Positions 1 through 13,554 of a DNA stretch of 64,000 nt are shown piece by piece. Where the stretch lies: contig OX597815.1 in NCBI GenBank assembly GCA_951406725.2, positions 201,996,001-202,060,000 on the forward strand. Direction: 5' to 3'. Origin of the DNA: Octopus vulgaris. Lineage: Eukaryota. The notes below the pieces were generated by a model. That model did no database searches. It saw only the letters and a program-made list of their open reading frames with translations, and was not told the origin of the DNA. The stretch's first letter is position 1; each line of letters opens with the position of its first letter. Made by a program: the position numbers and the translations under genes.

Positions 1-605
1 TTATAGATCTAAAGGAACTGCATAAGGCTGCTCCAAACATCACGCAAAACTCTTTATCCTTTTAATATATACCCAAGACAATCATCGACTTCTTTTTGAA
101 CCACGTTTTAAGCAAACTACTTATGTCTAAATGACACGGAATTAATAAATCATATGTAAAATACATTCTGGTATTTTGATATTGTACTCTTATGCTCATA
201 TTTCCATTAAAGTAGATATGTGTCATTTACCCGCATTGGTAACATTCACTATGATTTTGGCCTATAACTTTGAGAGAGTGAAATAGAAAAATAAAGGAAA
301 CATCATTATTCGATATCCCACACCTTACGGACACAACGATTAGGGAAGAACTCTCATACTGGAGGTCTGTCCAAGCTCATTTCGGAATTCGGTTAGTATT
401 ATCGCTGTTACAGAAACTCAGATGATTTATAAATATTAACAGTCTTCTCTTCTTAGGCAACAGATCACCTCTCAACGTTTTATGAGATTAAAATAGTTAC
501 TGATAGAGAAATATATAATTACACATATATATATATATATTTGTGATTCGCCATGCACACTTATGGATCACTGGCTCGAAATTTTCACCTATAATATTTG
601 TTGAG

Positions 606-697
<92 letters not shown>

Positions 698-704
<7 letters not shown>

Positions 705-1565
705 TTATATATGAGGATAATATCGATATTTAAGTGTCGAAATTATCAAGTGGCCAGCATGAAGGAAATACCTTACAACGGTAAAAAAAATTTTTAACAA
801 TTAAAAATGAGGGTGTCTAAAAGACACCAACATGCCGAAATAGCAGTCGAAACTCTGACTATAAAACCACGTTAAATGTTCATATCGCACCATGAGGTAA
901 AGCGGAGGGACAAAACATACAAGCAAAAATTATTGAATAATTCAAGATCCAAGGATTTCTGGTTCTGCTTTAGATAAGCTTTACCGTCATCAATTGAATA
1001 TATCAAGGGTACATAAATACAGATATATATATGCACAGCAAACGATATACTTACATATACGAGCGCCGTACATACATACATATGCACGTATGGACACAGC
1101 CAGTTTGAATCGCCCGCCAAATCACCGCATAAGTACGATATGGTTAAAATAAGCACCGCAGTGAATATAATAACGAATTATATAAATTTATATATGAGGA
1201 TAATATCGATATTTAAGTGTCGAAATTATCAAGTGGCCAGCATGAAGGAAATACCTTACAAAGGTAAAAAAAAATTTAACAATTAAAAATGTAGGTGTCT
1301 AAAAGACACCAACATGCCGAAATAGCAGTCGAAACTCTGACTATAAAACCACGTTAAATGTTCATATCGCACCATGAGGTAAAGCGGAGGGACAAAACAT
1401 ACAAGCAAAAATTATTGAATAATTCAAGATTGTTAAAACTTTTTTTACCTTTGTAAGGTATTTCCTTCATGCTGGCCACTTGATAATTTCGACACTTAAA
1501 TATCGATATTATCCTCATATATAAATTTATATAATTCGTTATTATATTCACTGCGGTGCTTATTT
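698..1565. repeat. About 250-bp direct duplication (698-948 / 1180-1430) plus inverted copy (1429-1565 = reverse complement of 1147-1283)
   Basis: Direct reading; near-identical translations in ORFs 543+, 872- and 1354-. Confidence 0.92.
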
Positions 1566-1959
1566 ACAAAACCAGAAACTTCTTAATGACCTACAACAGG
1601 CACTAATCTCTGGACAATAACAAAACTAAGAATAAAAAAAAACTTTCACGTAAGTTTATGATGTTCTGTGTTATATTTCAAATCTTGAATGCTGTGTGTT
1701 TGATTCAAAGTCAATGAAGATCGGCTTGAAACTAAACAGCAACAAAAGTACTATTAGTAAGAAAAATAGAGCAACAGCAACAACCAACAATGCAACTGTC
1801 ACCACCAGCATGTAAACCAAGACGCCACCATCAAAACTACCAACTCATCAATTTCTGAATAACCGAACGATTATTAAAATGTTAATAAGAATGGGATAGC
1901 AATGTCCTTAGCTATATATGTTGCATGTCAACACAACCATGTGTATGTGTGTGGGGAGC

Positions 1960-3660
1960 TGGAGAGTGTGAGGATAGAGTTCTTACCGCTCGAATCAGAA
2001 GTTTGCCGAATATCATTGTCACTTTACCGAACTGTACGGAGCGCGGAATGCCGATAACTGCCGAAGACATACGCGGCACAATGACTAGCTGTGAGAAGGA
2101 GAATTCTACACGGTTGAATGGTCTGCCCTTCGAGCTCTATTTTCCAATACCAAACTTGTTCTGCGATCTCTTGGCTGATGTCTTCCAAAGCGGGCAGCAG
2201 AAAAGGAGAATTCCAAGTTCTGTGACCCGAACGAGGAGTATCAAACATTTTATTTTAAGCCCGTAAGTATGCCGAAGCGAGATTACAATTATTTTGGCCA
2301 AGATATTAGCCAAGCAGTTGGCGCTTGTGAATAAACTGGTCAGTGACTCGCAGACATGTGCTTTCCCAAACAAATCTATCCACGAACATAACTTTCACGT
2401 TACATTACGCGTTACATCATAGAGAGGATAGATAAGGAACCAGGTATTGGTGGGACCCTGATCAACCAAATCCAGCATCGCTGTCGCTGCGTAAAGTAGC
2501 TTTTACATCGCGTTGATGATGTCTTTAAATCTCTGGCATCAGATTTGTACTCTGATGTTATATATCTTCATTTCGGGAAAGCGTTCGACAGAGTCGACAA
2601 TAATATCCTCTGCTAAACTGTAGTGTAATCCATTTAAAACTGATATGCTGGGTAAAGTATTTCATAGTGAATAAAACACTAGTTGCGATCGTTGAAATTC
2701 CCTCCAGCTCAGGGAAAATTAATAGTAGCGTCGCCTGAGGAAACTGTTTTTATTCCACTTCTCTATAAAGTCTATATCAATTATCAAACGCAGCAAAACA
2801 AAAACAATCGCAAATGACTCAAAGCTCTACAAAATTGTTGATAGATAAGAAGATTGAACTCAACTCCAGTTTAATCTACATGCTGTTAGCTATTGGGCCT
2901 AAAAACCCAGTTAATTGAACGAATATATGAATTCAGGCCCTTTGGAAAACAATGCGCTCAGGCAACTATATTCTGTTCCATAAGGGGAACTACCGACAGC
3001 ATCGAGTAATATCTCATTTGGAGAACTCTAATCAACTATAAAGTCGATAGAGCTCGCAGGATAAGCTCTTTAAGTCTTAGAAATTTTGGGTCCTCTTCTC
3101 ATTTGTATTGTCACAGCTAAAAAAACTGCTGCTCCCTGTAGTATCTCCACACCAAAGAAAATATTACGCGATGTCAGTTACCCAAAAGAGCAATCACTAA
3201 AGAATAAGAAGCATCAGTGCGTTTGATTATTGGCACTGCATTAAGACATTGGACTCTCATTCGCTCCAGCACCGTCGTGAGTGCTACGTCCTTTGCACAA
3301 TTTGGAGAAAATACCACCAGCATTGCCAAAATTTCTTCCACGAATCAGGCTCACAGCATATATTCATTTCAACTCAATTTCTTTCCCGCAGCAGATCCTA
3401 TTCTATTTAATATTATTCGAAAACAAATCAAAGAAGTAAAAGATCCCTTCACCTTCAGACGAGGCCTGGATAAACTTCTTCAAGGGATACTAGAAAAATC
3501 ACGAATACCTGGGTACATCTCAATCAACAACAACTCCGTCTTTGAATGGCCTACGATACCAGAATATAATTGGCTTAAAAACTACTTAATATATCCTATC
3601 AAGTAAGTTACAGATGGCCGAAAGGAATCTATGGCCGAAACGTATCTAATTTATCTAAGT
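1960..3660 (+). pseudogene. Decayed CR1-type LINE (RT and 3' end)
   Basis: Broken frames read DVIYLHFGKAFDRVDNNILC (about 2553-2615), a degenerate SGVPQGTVLGPLLF (about 2722-2770), ANDSKLYKI (YADD-like) and DPFTFRRGLDKLLQGILEKSRIPGY. Short tatctaa repeats at the 3' end. Confidence 0.75.
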
Positions 3661-4479
3661 TAACTACTTAATAAATTTTGTCCTTAGTATTTTTGTTCTT
3701 TATTTATATTACTTGCTTTACTACATTTACTACTTAAAGTACTAATGCTACTAGTGCTGTTGCTACTACAACCAAAATGCGATTTTAGATCAAATGATTT
3801 ATTAGATTGTTAACAACCCTCAGGCAAGTTACAACGCACTATTAATTTTCTCGCTTGCAGATAGCGCTCACGTGGACTGGTTTGATGCTAAGTCTTACAA
3901 GCACGTATTTTGTTTTTCAAACGGAGCAATTTTGTTTACTAACGTGACATTTGCATAATAAATTTTTGTACAACAACGTCTGTAGTTTTCAGAGCTATCT
4001 AGCTATATTTCACCAAAGATAGCAAGTAATACTTGCCGCTGCTTTGTAGTTTTAATTTGTTTGAGATTTAAAATATTTGACTACAATAAATATATTTTTT
4101 TAATTATACTTAATTAATAGCATTTTATAATTAGTCAATATTAAAGGTAACGTAGCAGATATGTTTATTTATTTCAATATTTGTACGTTTTAGTTTACAT
4201 CAAGCTTCTGATGTTGTCCCCCCAAAATACCAAAATTATATAAGAAGCAAACAAGGAAACTAATTACGTTTACGTTCTAGGTAATTAATAAGATATCTCA
4301 ACATATTTCTAATAATTTCCTGTTTGTTTCGTTTCTGTTAAACACTGTATGCGTTTAGATCACATGCTGTTTCTCGACATTGTTTGTGATTGTGGAAATT
4401 ATAAACTATGACGTGAAATTGGAACATCATAGAGATTAGTGCATGCAACCTACATGGAGACACACTCACACACACAGAT

Positions 4480-4534
<55 letters not shown>

Positions 4535-5720
4535 TGTATGTTTATAGATACAAACGTGTGTATGCTTGTTTCTGTGTGTGTATGTGTCTGTGTGTGTATG
4601 TGACTGTGTGTCTGTGTTCTTTCAACAGGTATTTGATGTATTTTTCAGGATATCATGGTTAAATATTTTAGCACAATTAGTAACATTTATCAAAGCAGAG
4701 AAATGTAAATTTCGTTTATCATGATGTAATGATAATATCGTATTTCCGGAAATAAATTACACTTGTAATTTTACTTCTTCCAGAATTGAAGGGGTTTGTG
4801 TATCTAATAAAATCACAAAGTTACAAAAACGATTAACTTGGACCATAATATTCTGAGGTTTCGATTGAATTTTTCAGCTTAAATCCAAATTATTCAAACA
4901 CTACTATAATTTGAAGAACGTGTCTGTTATAGAAACTATATTTATGAAAACATTTCGTGACGCTACTAATTTTGCATTGCACTCTGATAACTGCAGGAAT
5001 GCCTCATCAGTCTAAGAGATATTTCCTCTGAGAAAATATTTTCGAAATCTCGTTAAATTTAACATTGAATTATAAATTTATACATCTATCTCAATAAAAT
5101 TTTGATATATTTCTCTTAGTAATCAATAAATATAAAATTTCCCAGAAAGAAAAAGAGTCAATGAAATAAATATATAAATAATTTTCATTTATACGTATTG
5201 CGTTTTGTTCATTTTCTCTGAAATATATCAACATCAAACACAAAAGACTATTTTTGTAATAAATTTCAAATTTATTCGTATTGAAAACTTATTTCCGTAG
5301 AATGGAAAAATATATTTCCACAAACTTGATAAATCTTCGGACTATAAAGATCGGAATATTTATGTTGAGACTATGTACGTATGATTAAACGTACATATGT
5401 AAACATATATATTTATGTTCAGTGCCTTGGGGTGTGCGTGTGTGAAGGGGTAAGATATGTTTCTATTTGTGTATGAAGTATGTTTGGAGATGTTTATATA
5501 CTTCATCAAGTTTTGCTTGCACACGAGCAGTTTCCACATGACTGAACGACATTGGCAATGTTTTATGCTATTGTAATTACCTCTATCATCACGGCCGTCG
5601 TGTTTCAATATATTTGCAGCTCTATGGAGGGTAGAATATTTTAATATGCTCATTTTTTATCGCATACACGCGAGAAAATTTGCAACGTATGCATGTATGT
5701 GTATGTATATGCATATATAT

Positions 5721-5854
5721 ATATTTATATTTATATTATATAGAGGGCATTATTACACATAAATGCTCCACGCTAGGAGAGACTCTTAAAGTCAAAACTT
5801 AGCGTGTGGCATTTATGTGTAATAATGCACTCTATATAATATAAATAAATATAT
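5721..5854. repeat. About 55-bp inverted repeat with 24-nt spacer
   Basis: tagagggcattattacacataaatgctccacgcta / tagcgtgtggcatttatgtgtaataatgcactcta. Confidence 0.85.
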
Positions 5855-6021
5855 TTAAATGAAAAGAATTGTTGGAATTTTTCTTTATGAGGTTTTTCAC
5901 GGTAACTACTTGATAAATTCTTATGGATATTTTACACTATTTTAAAATTATATCTATGTATAAAGAACGTTTAAATATTTGTTGTGCAAGATTTTTTATG
6001 TGAAGTCGTGTGTTGAAACAG

Positions 6022-6369
6022 ATATTGTTATATTTCGGAATGGTCATATTGCCAGTATAGCCAATAAAAACACACGCACAATATATTTGGTGTTATTTTG
6101 CTTCAGTGATATTTATTTTTTACATTAATCTTAATCTTATTTCGGCCAGAGTTCTTTCGTCACACTCCTGTGACCGCATCAGTGGTCCTTTGTTTTCTTC
6201 TTTCGTATTTGATGCGGTCACAGGAGTGTGACGAAAGAACTCTGGCCGAAATAAGATTAAGATTAATGTAAAAAATAAATATCACTGAAGCAAAATAACA
6301 CCAAATATATAGTGCGTGTGTTTTTATTGGCTAAACTGGCAATATGACCATTCCGAAATATAACAATAT
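6022..6369. repeat. 160-bp near-perfect inverted repeat with 28-nt loop
   Basis: 6022-6181 against the reverse complement of 6210-6369; about two mismatches seen by eye. Confidence 0.95.
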
Positions 6370-6377
6370 ATGTATAA

Positions 6378-6391
6378 AGAAGCCCGTCGTA

Positions 6392-6484
<93 letters not shown>

Positions 6485-6702
6485 GTGTGTGTGTGTATGT
6501 TTGTGTGTATGTGTTTGTCCGCCTAGCATTGTGTGTTTACGTCGCCGTCACTTAGCGGTTCGGCAAAAGAGAGCGATAAAATAAGTACTGGGCTTACAAA
6601 CAATAAGTCCTGGGGTCGATTTGCTCGACTAAAGGTTGTGCTCCAGCATGGCTGCAGTCAAATGACTGAAACAAGTAAAAGAGTAAAAGTGTAAGAGAGT
6701 AA
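6378..6702 (+). mobile_element. SINE family A (tRNA-derived, internal microsatellite, (AGAGTAAA)n tail), 5'-truncated
   Basis: agaagcccgtcgtata..(TA)n..cttagcggttcggcaaaagag..ctccagcatggctgcagtcaaatgactgaaacaagtaaaagagt, shared with other copies. Confidence 0.85.
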
Positions 6703-7129
6703 AGATATATATATATATATATATATATATAAACACACAGATATGTGCGTTTGAGTGAGTGTGTGTTTGTGTGTGTACGTGTGTAGAAATGAGTACAACC
6801 TTCATATGAAAGAGCCAATCTTGTTTTGTCGCATTCTATATCTCGCTCAGTTTCCTTTTGATCTTACACTAAGTGCAAGCGTTTCGGTGGAATGCTCAGC
6901 GAATTGCACGTTAGTTTCACAAGTAGTCTGTTCCGCTGACCGGATCAACAGGAACACTCGTCGTCGTAATCTATGGAGTGTCAGTTACATGAGTGTGCGT
7001 GCATGCATTTATGCTTTGTATGTTTGTGTTTATTTTCGTATTCAAATCGTCACGCCTGAGTTTTATACGTCTCTCTCTCTCTCTTTCTCTCTCCCTATCA
7101 GATTATCTATCTATCTGTAGACGACACTA

Positions 7130-7522
<393 letters not shown>

Positions 7523-7842
7523 TATCTGTATTTCTGCCTCTCTCTAACTCTCTCACTCCCTTTCCTCTTTATCTCAATGTACTACTACAACTTTCTACTC
7601 TATCCTTACGCTATTTTCTATCTTCTTTGTTACACAGTGTTCCTTCTTTTCCCTATTTCTGTTCTAATAGCACCTCCTTCTCCTTTATCGAAATCCACCC
7701 AGCGAAGACTTACCCTCTTTCGGTCTTGTTTTTAGCGTCATCTTTGAACTAAATTCCATATGAAAAAATTCTTTTCCTATTCTTCCACATTGGAAACATG
7801 CATGTTGGTTTGGTTTATGTAACCTTCATCTGAAAAGATTTA

Positions 7843-8080
7843 TACTCTTACTCTTTTACTCTTTTACTCTTTTACTTGTTTCAGTCCTTTGACAGCGGCC
7901 ATGCTGGAGCACCGCCTTTAATCGAGCAAATCGACCCCGGGACTTATTCTTTGTAAGCCCAGTACTTATTCTATCGGTCTCTTTTGCCGAACCGCTAAGT
8001 GACGGGAACATAAACACACCAGCATCAGTTGTCAAGCAATGCTAGGGGGACAAATACAGACACACAAACATACACGCACG

Positions 8081-8137
<57 letters not shown>

Positions 8138-8291
8138 ATATGTATATACGACGGGCTTCTTTCAGTTTCCGTCTACCAAATCCACTCACAAGGCTTTGGT
8201 CGACCCGAGGCTATAGTAGAAGACACCTGCCCAAGGTGCCACGCATGTGGTTGGTAAACGAGCTACTTACCACACAGCCACTCCTACGCCT
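7843..8291 (-). mobile_element. SINE family A
   Basis: Reverse-complement match to the copy at 28446-28825; (tactcttt)n tail. Confidence 0.88.
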
Positions 8292-8712
8292 ATGTATATA
8301 TTTTTTGCTAAGATACATAATTTTCCTACTATTCCATCTACGTTTCTTCTAGTTTTGTCCCATCTTTTGGAAAACAGCTTCTGCAAACTTTTTTCTTCTT
8401 GTTCACTCCCGCTTTGTTATCTGTTTTTTCTTCCATCATGCATTCTGTCTCTCTCTGTACCTTTTCTTTTCACATTTCTGTTTGTATCATAACTACACAG
8501 CATTTCATCTGATTATTTTTATAAATTTCTACATATTGTCTTGTACGAATCATATTTTTATGCACACCAATCTCTATTTCTCTTTCTTTTTGCTATCTAT
8601 ATTCTGTCGTACACAATGACCTCTGAACGGTCAAATCTAGGCCAACGTTTTAGATAGGGCTTTAGAACACAATTGTTTCTCATAACATTTTTGTGTGTAT
8701 ATCACAGACATA

Positions 8713-8930
8713 TACGAAGGGATGCTGAAAAGTTTCTGGCTTCTGGTAAACGAAAGTACAGGAGGGTCAATTAATTATTTATTCAGCATATTCCCTCCTC
8801 AGTTTCACCCGTTTATGCAGCGGTCCATCAGTTTTTCTAAGCCATGTAAAAAAACAACTCGAAAGATGGGTCTGCAACTAGGCCTTTCACGATACTCTTA
8901 AGGCCAGGATGTTTTCAGCGGAGCAACGTG
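8713..8930. mobile_element. Mariner-derived MITE
   Basis: Imperfect TIRs tacgaagggatgctgaaaagtttctggctt / aggccaggatgttttcagcggagcaacgtg around about 160 bp of non-coding sequence. Confidence 0.6.
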
Positions 8931-8931
8931 T

Positions 8932-8986
<55 letters not shown>

Positions 8987-9131
8987 CATATATAGCTAAA
9001 TAGATAGATGGATTGAGAGAGAGAGAGAGAGAATGAGAGAGAGAGAGAGAATGAGAGTGAGAGAGAGAGTAGTGTGTGTGTGTATGTATTTTCTTGTAAA
9101 TGCCGTGGTTTCTGTAGTAATACATACATAC

Positions 9132-9170
<39 letters not shown>

Positions 9171-9307
9171 GATTTGACGTCTATGTTTAGCATATTAGGT
9201 GTCCACTTTAGTGGTCATTCCTCTTAATTTTGTATGTAACACAAATTTTATTCTTCGCATTTTTTTAATATGCTAAGCCCCTGATTTTAATTGTTTAATA
9301 TCAATTT

Positions 9308-9376
<69 letters not shown>

Positions 9377-9568
9377 CACGGACTTTGTCAGTGAACAGGT
9401 CGCGGATTTTAGCGACGAAAATATTTTGACAAATTAAACTTAAATGTTGAAGTGAATCGAACGGCTTTTGGGTGTTTCTTAAATGGCTTATAAACACCTT
9501 CCACGCTGCAATTGTTTTCGTTTCAGCACACGATCTCAGATCAAATTACTTGCTATGCGAGTACATCT

Positions 9569-9627
<59 letters not shown>

Positions 9628-9677
9628 CATACATACATACATACATACACACACACATACATACATACATACATACA

Positions 9678-9712
<35 letters not shown>

Positions 9713-9984
9713 TGTTATATATGTATATATATATGTGTGTGTGTACCATTATTACAGAAACTACTGCATTTACGGCAAGAACAACAATGGAAATAACAAC
9801 GCCTATAGTAGCTGCAACGACAACGCAGCACGGAAGTTGTCAACAGCAATAGAATCTGTCGTTTCTCATTCAGTAATACTGACCTATATAAGCTTGAAGT
9901 GACTAGTTCTCAACTATTCCTATTTCTTCAAACTTTTCTTTCACTGTTGCCTCGACTACTATTATTAATACTATCGTTACTTCT

Positions 9985-9997
9985 TCTACTACTACTG

Positions 9998-10078
<81 letters not shown>
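9985..10078 (+). repeat. (CTA)n microsatellite
   Basis: Direct reading. Confidence 0.95.
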
Positions 10079-10602
10079 TTGCTGCTACTGTTGCTGCTAA
10101 TATAACTACCAAAGCTGACGCTGTTAAATCTGCTGCTTCAGATGATGATGATGATGATAATAAAGACAGTACCGCCATTAACAAAAATCTAATCTAAGTT
10201 TTCAGTTCTTCTTTAATTTTTGTCAGAGGTCTAATGCATAGCACCTGTTATATGCTGTAGAAATAGCGTCATATTTTCATACACTATGGTACCCGATTAA
10301 AAACAACTATTTGGCCATTGATTTCTCTGGTCGAAACTCACGCTGTTGCGAGCAAAAGTAAAATAAAATAGTGTATAAACAAAACAGCTGAATCTGATTG
10401 TCAACTTGTACTCCTTTTCTAATTTTTCCCCAAAATTCTCGCATACCTTAACCCAGATGTAACATCATATTTCTCTGAGGGAGGATCATTCTTCAGCACC
10501 TAACTACAAATATCCCTGCTGCCTATGATACTTTCCTTTTATATATATTTCACCTTTCTCATCTGTATTAATAATATCATTTGAAGGTATATGAATGTAT
10601 GA

Positions 10603-10822
10603 AGGCGGTGAGCTGGGGGAAACGTTAGCACACCGGACGAAATGCTTCGCGGTATTTTGTCTGCCGCTACGTTCCGAGTTCAAATTCCGCCGCGATCGAC
10701 TTTGCCTTTCATCCTTTCTTGGTCGATTAAATAAGTACCAGTTACGCACTGGGGTCGATGTAATCGAATAATCGGTTTGTTTATCCTCTCTTTGTTTAGC
10801 TTCTTGTGGGTTATAAAGAAAT
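10603..10822 (+). mobile_element. SINE family B (tRNA head, Nin-like core gcctttcatcctttc..gtcgat..aagtaccag, Tx1-like tail)
   Basis: Family match. tatatgaatgtat is repeated at 10588-10600 and 10830-10842 (TSD-like). Confidence 0.85.
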
Positions 10823-10965
10823 GTATACATATATGAATGTATACATATATATTGGCCTGCTCGCTTAGCCAGCGGGGTGGCGTCATTTGAAGGCTAAAAC
10901 GATGCGAACACATTGTGAGCAGCGATGTGTAACACCATCTGATGGTCTGGTCGGTCACGTGACGT

Positions 10966-11011
<46 letters not shown>

Positions 11012-11589
11012 ATGCTTACACAAAAATATATATTATATTATATTGTATTGTATTTATTGTATCGCATATTATTCTCCATACATCCATTAGGTATGGACAA
11101 TATTCTCCATAATTAATGGAGGTATGTAGAATATAGTCAGCAAAGAAGTAAAAAACAGAACTAGAACGAAAGGAATGAGAAAATTCCTGTATGCGGTTTG
11201 TGTCTAAATTTTAATATTGTTTGTTAGACAGTTAACATGTGTAAATGTATTTTACATTTTTATTGCTGATATACTTTATGCAATATATAGAATTATTCGT
11301 TAAGTGCAGCTTTATCCATATAATTACAAGTGCACAACAATAAAATACTAGTCTCATAAACTAAATATGTTGTCTTTAGAGATTTAAATATTCATTAAAA
11401 TCTGTGTATCCAAATATTTGATTTATTCAGTAGCAGACAAAAATACTCTCCCACTCGCACATATAATTATCACCCAAGGTAAATTCACACACACACACAC
11501 ATACAGTTTCGATTATCTGAACAAAATTTAGAGAACGTAAATTAATAAAATACAATAATGAAAATAATAATTAATAAATATATCTATTT

Positions 11590-11825
11590 TTTATCTTTTG
11601 ATTGTTTCAGTGATTAGACTGTCACCATGCTGGTGCACCGCCTTCAAGACTTTTATCGCACGAATCGCCTCCCATTACTTATTACGTTTCTAAGCCTATT
11701 CTTTGTTCTATCAACCTCATTTGCCAGAATTCTACGTTATATAAAAGTAAAAACCCGAAAACTGGTTTTCAAGCGATAGAAGGTGACAAACAGACACAAT
11801 GTTACACACTCAAACACACAGACAC
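11590..11825 (-). mobile_element. SINE family A, old degenerate 3' part
   Basis: ttgtttcagtgattagactgtcaccatgctggtgcaccgcctt resembles the family tail. Confidence 0.6.
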
Positions 11826-11864
11826 TTTATATTGTGTGCCTGCTCGGGCTCATATGTGTGTGCA

Positions 11865-11920
<56 letters not shown>

Positions 11921-12134
11921 CCATAAACGTGTATACTGTATTCAGAAACCTACCGACGCCCTCTTTTCCTTTCGCAATCTTTTTTCCTTCTGTTTAATCA
12001 CTACTTAATCGCACCCACCTTGTTTCCACTTTGAGTAATCTTCCCAATAACTAACACTTTCGATGGTGAATTGACTTTGATTATGATTTTTGTTCCTAGT
12101 GACCATTCCTGCAGGGGTGGGGCTTGACAATATA

Positions 12135-12260
12135 TTTATTTCTTTACTACCCACAAGGGGCTAAACACAGAAGGGAAAAACAAGGACAAACAAAGGGATT
12201 AAGTCGATTACATCGACTCCAGTGCGTAACTGGTACTTAATTTATCGGCCCCGAAAGGAT
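12135..12260 (-). mobile_element. SINE family B, 5'-truncated
   Basis: tttctttactacccacaaggggctaaacacag..ggtacttaatttatcggccccgaaaggatg. Confidence 0.8.
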
Positions 12261-12683
12261 GTGGCAATATAAACAGAGACATAAGAGAGTATAGAAAGTA
12301 TAAGCAGCAACAACAAAAATGTCAATAATCATTAGCTGAGTTAAATTTTCTCAGACAGATGTTCATAGAAGAAATATGTATGTACCTTGAGTAGTTTTAC
12401 GTAGACAGCGGTCATGCAAAATAATCGTTGACATTACAAAGAACACATCCGGTTTTCTGTTCTATTCACTCAGATACCATTTGTCCTGTGAGGTTTCTAC
12501 AAAACCCTCTCTCTAAGATAGCACACATCGTTTGGTTAGGCCGATTTTACAGCTAATGCTTCAGTGAAATTTTTGCATCTTCCTCCTTTTACAAAATTTT
12601 TCTATATAATTAATTTTCAACATAATTAATTCCACCTTTTTTATAATATATTCACAAATATCCACTACTATCCACTCCACTAC

Positions 12684-12870
12684 CATCGCTTAACAACTGG
12701 TTTTCGTGTGTTCATGTCCCCGTCAGCTAGCGGTTCGGTAAAGCGACCCATAGAATAAATACCAGCCTTTCAAAAATAATAAATACTACGCTTGATTCGC
12801 CACACTAGAATTATTTGAAGTTGTATCCCAGCATGACGGTAGTCTAATGAGTGAAACTGGTAAGAGATAG
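12684..12870 (+). mobile_element. SINE family A, 3' part
   Basis: catcgcttaacaactgg..gtccccgtcagctagcggttcgg..ccagcatgacggtagtctaatgagtgaaac. Confidence 0.65.
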
Positions 12871-13554
12871 CAGCTAAAGATATACATTTTTCTAAAACCT
12901 TTTGCAACGTATACCAACGTATATGAGTGTGCACATGTGCGTATGTTTGTATGTGCGTACGCCCCTGTGTGTGCATGTGTGTATGAAATTGTGAGTGTGA
13001 TTTCATGCTCACACAAAATACATTAATGCATATGCGTTTGTATAATGTTGCTGACAGTGCCTAGGTTAAGTTTATTTAGTGTACAATTACAAAACACCTT
13101 GTTTATCTAAAACTACAAAAGTCACCATTCTCATTCATTATTTGCAATACCAACTGAACCTGCTCATCTGTTCATATATACAGTATTACTTCTGTAGGAA
13201 TCAATAAACTATGCCACCTGCTGAAATTAAATTACATTTAGCTAGATTACGCTCTTAAAGTGTCTCTAGATTATCACATATCACCGACAGTAGTGAGACT
13301 ACATACTAAACCTATTTCATATAATATTTCTATATGCATTGTCTAGGAGATGTAATCATAAAAGCAACGCTTGGAATAACATAACATCACTGGTTGTACT
13401 TTGATGCAGATGACAAATATAACTATGAGATGAAATGTTACTGCAGAAAACAATGCTGATGGTATGTTTAGCCATCGATAGTGTAACTCTACTAGTCTGT
13501 GAATTCCCAGTTTATCTCTCCTGATTAACCTGGGAAAATGAAATTGTAATATTT

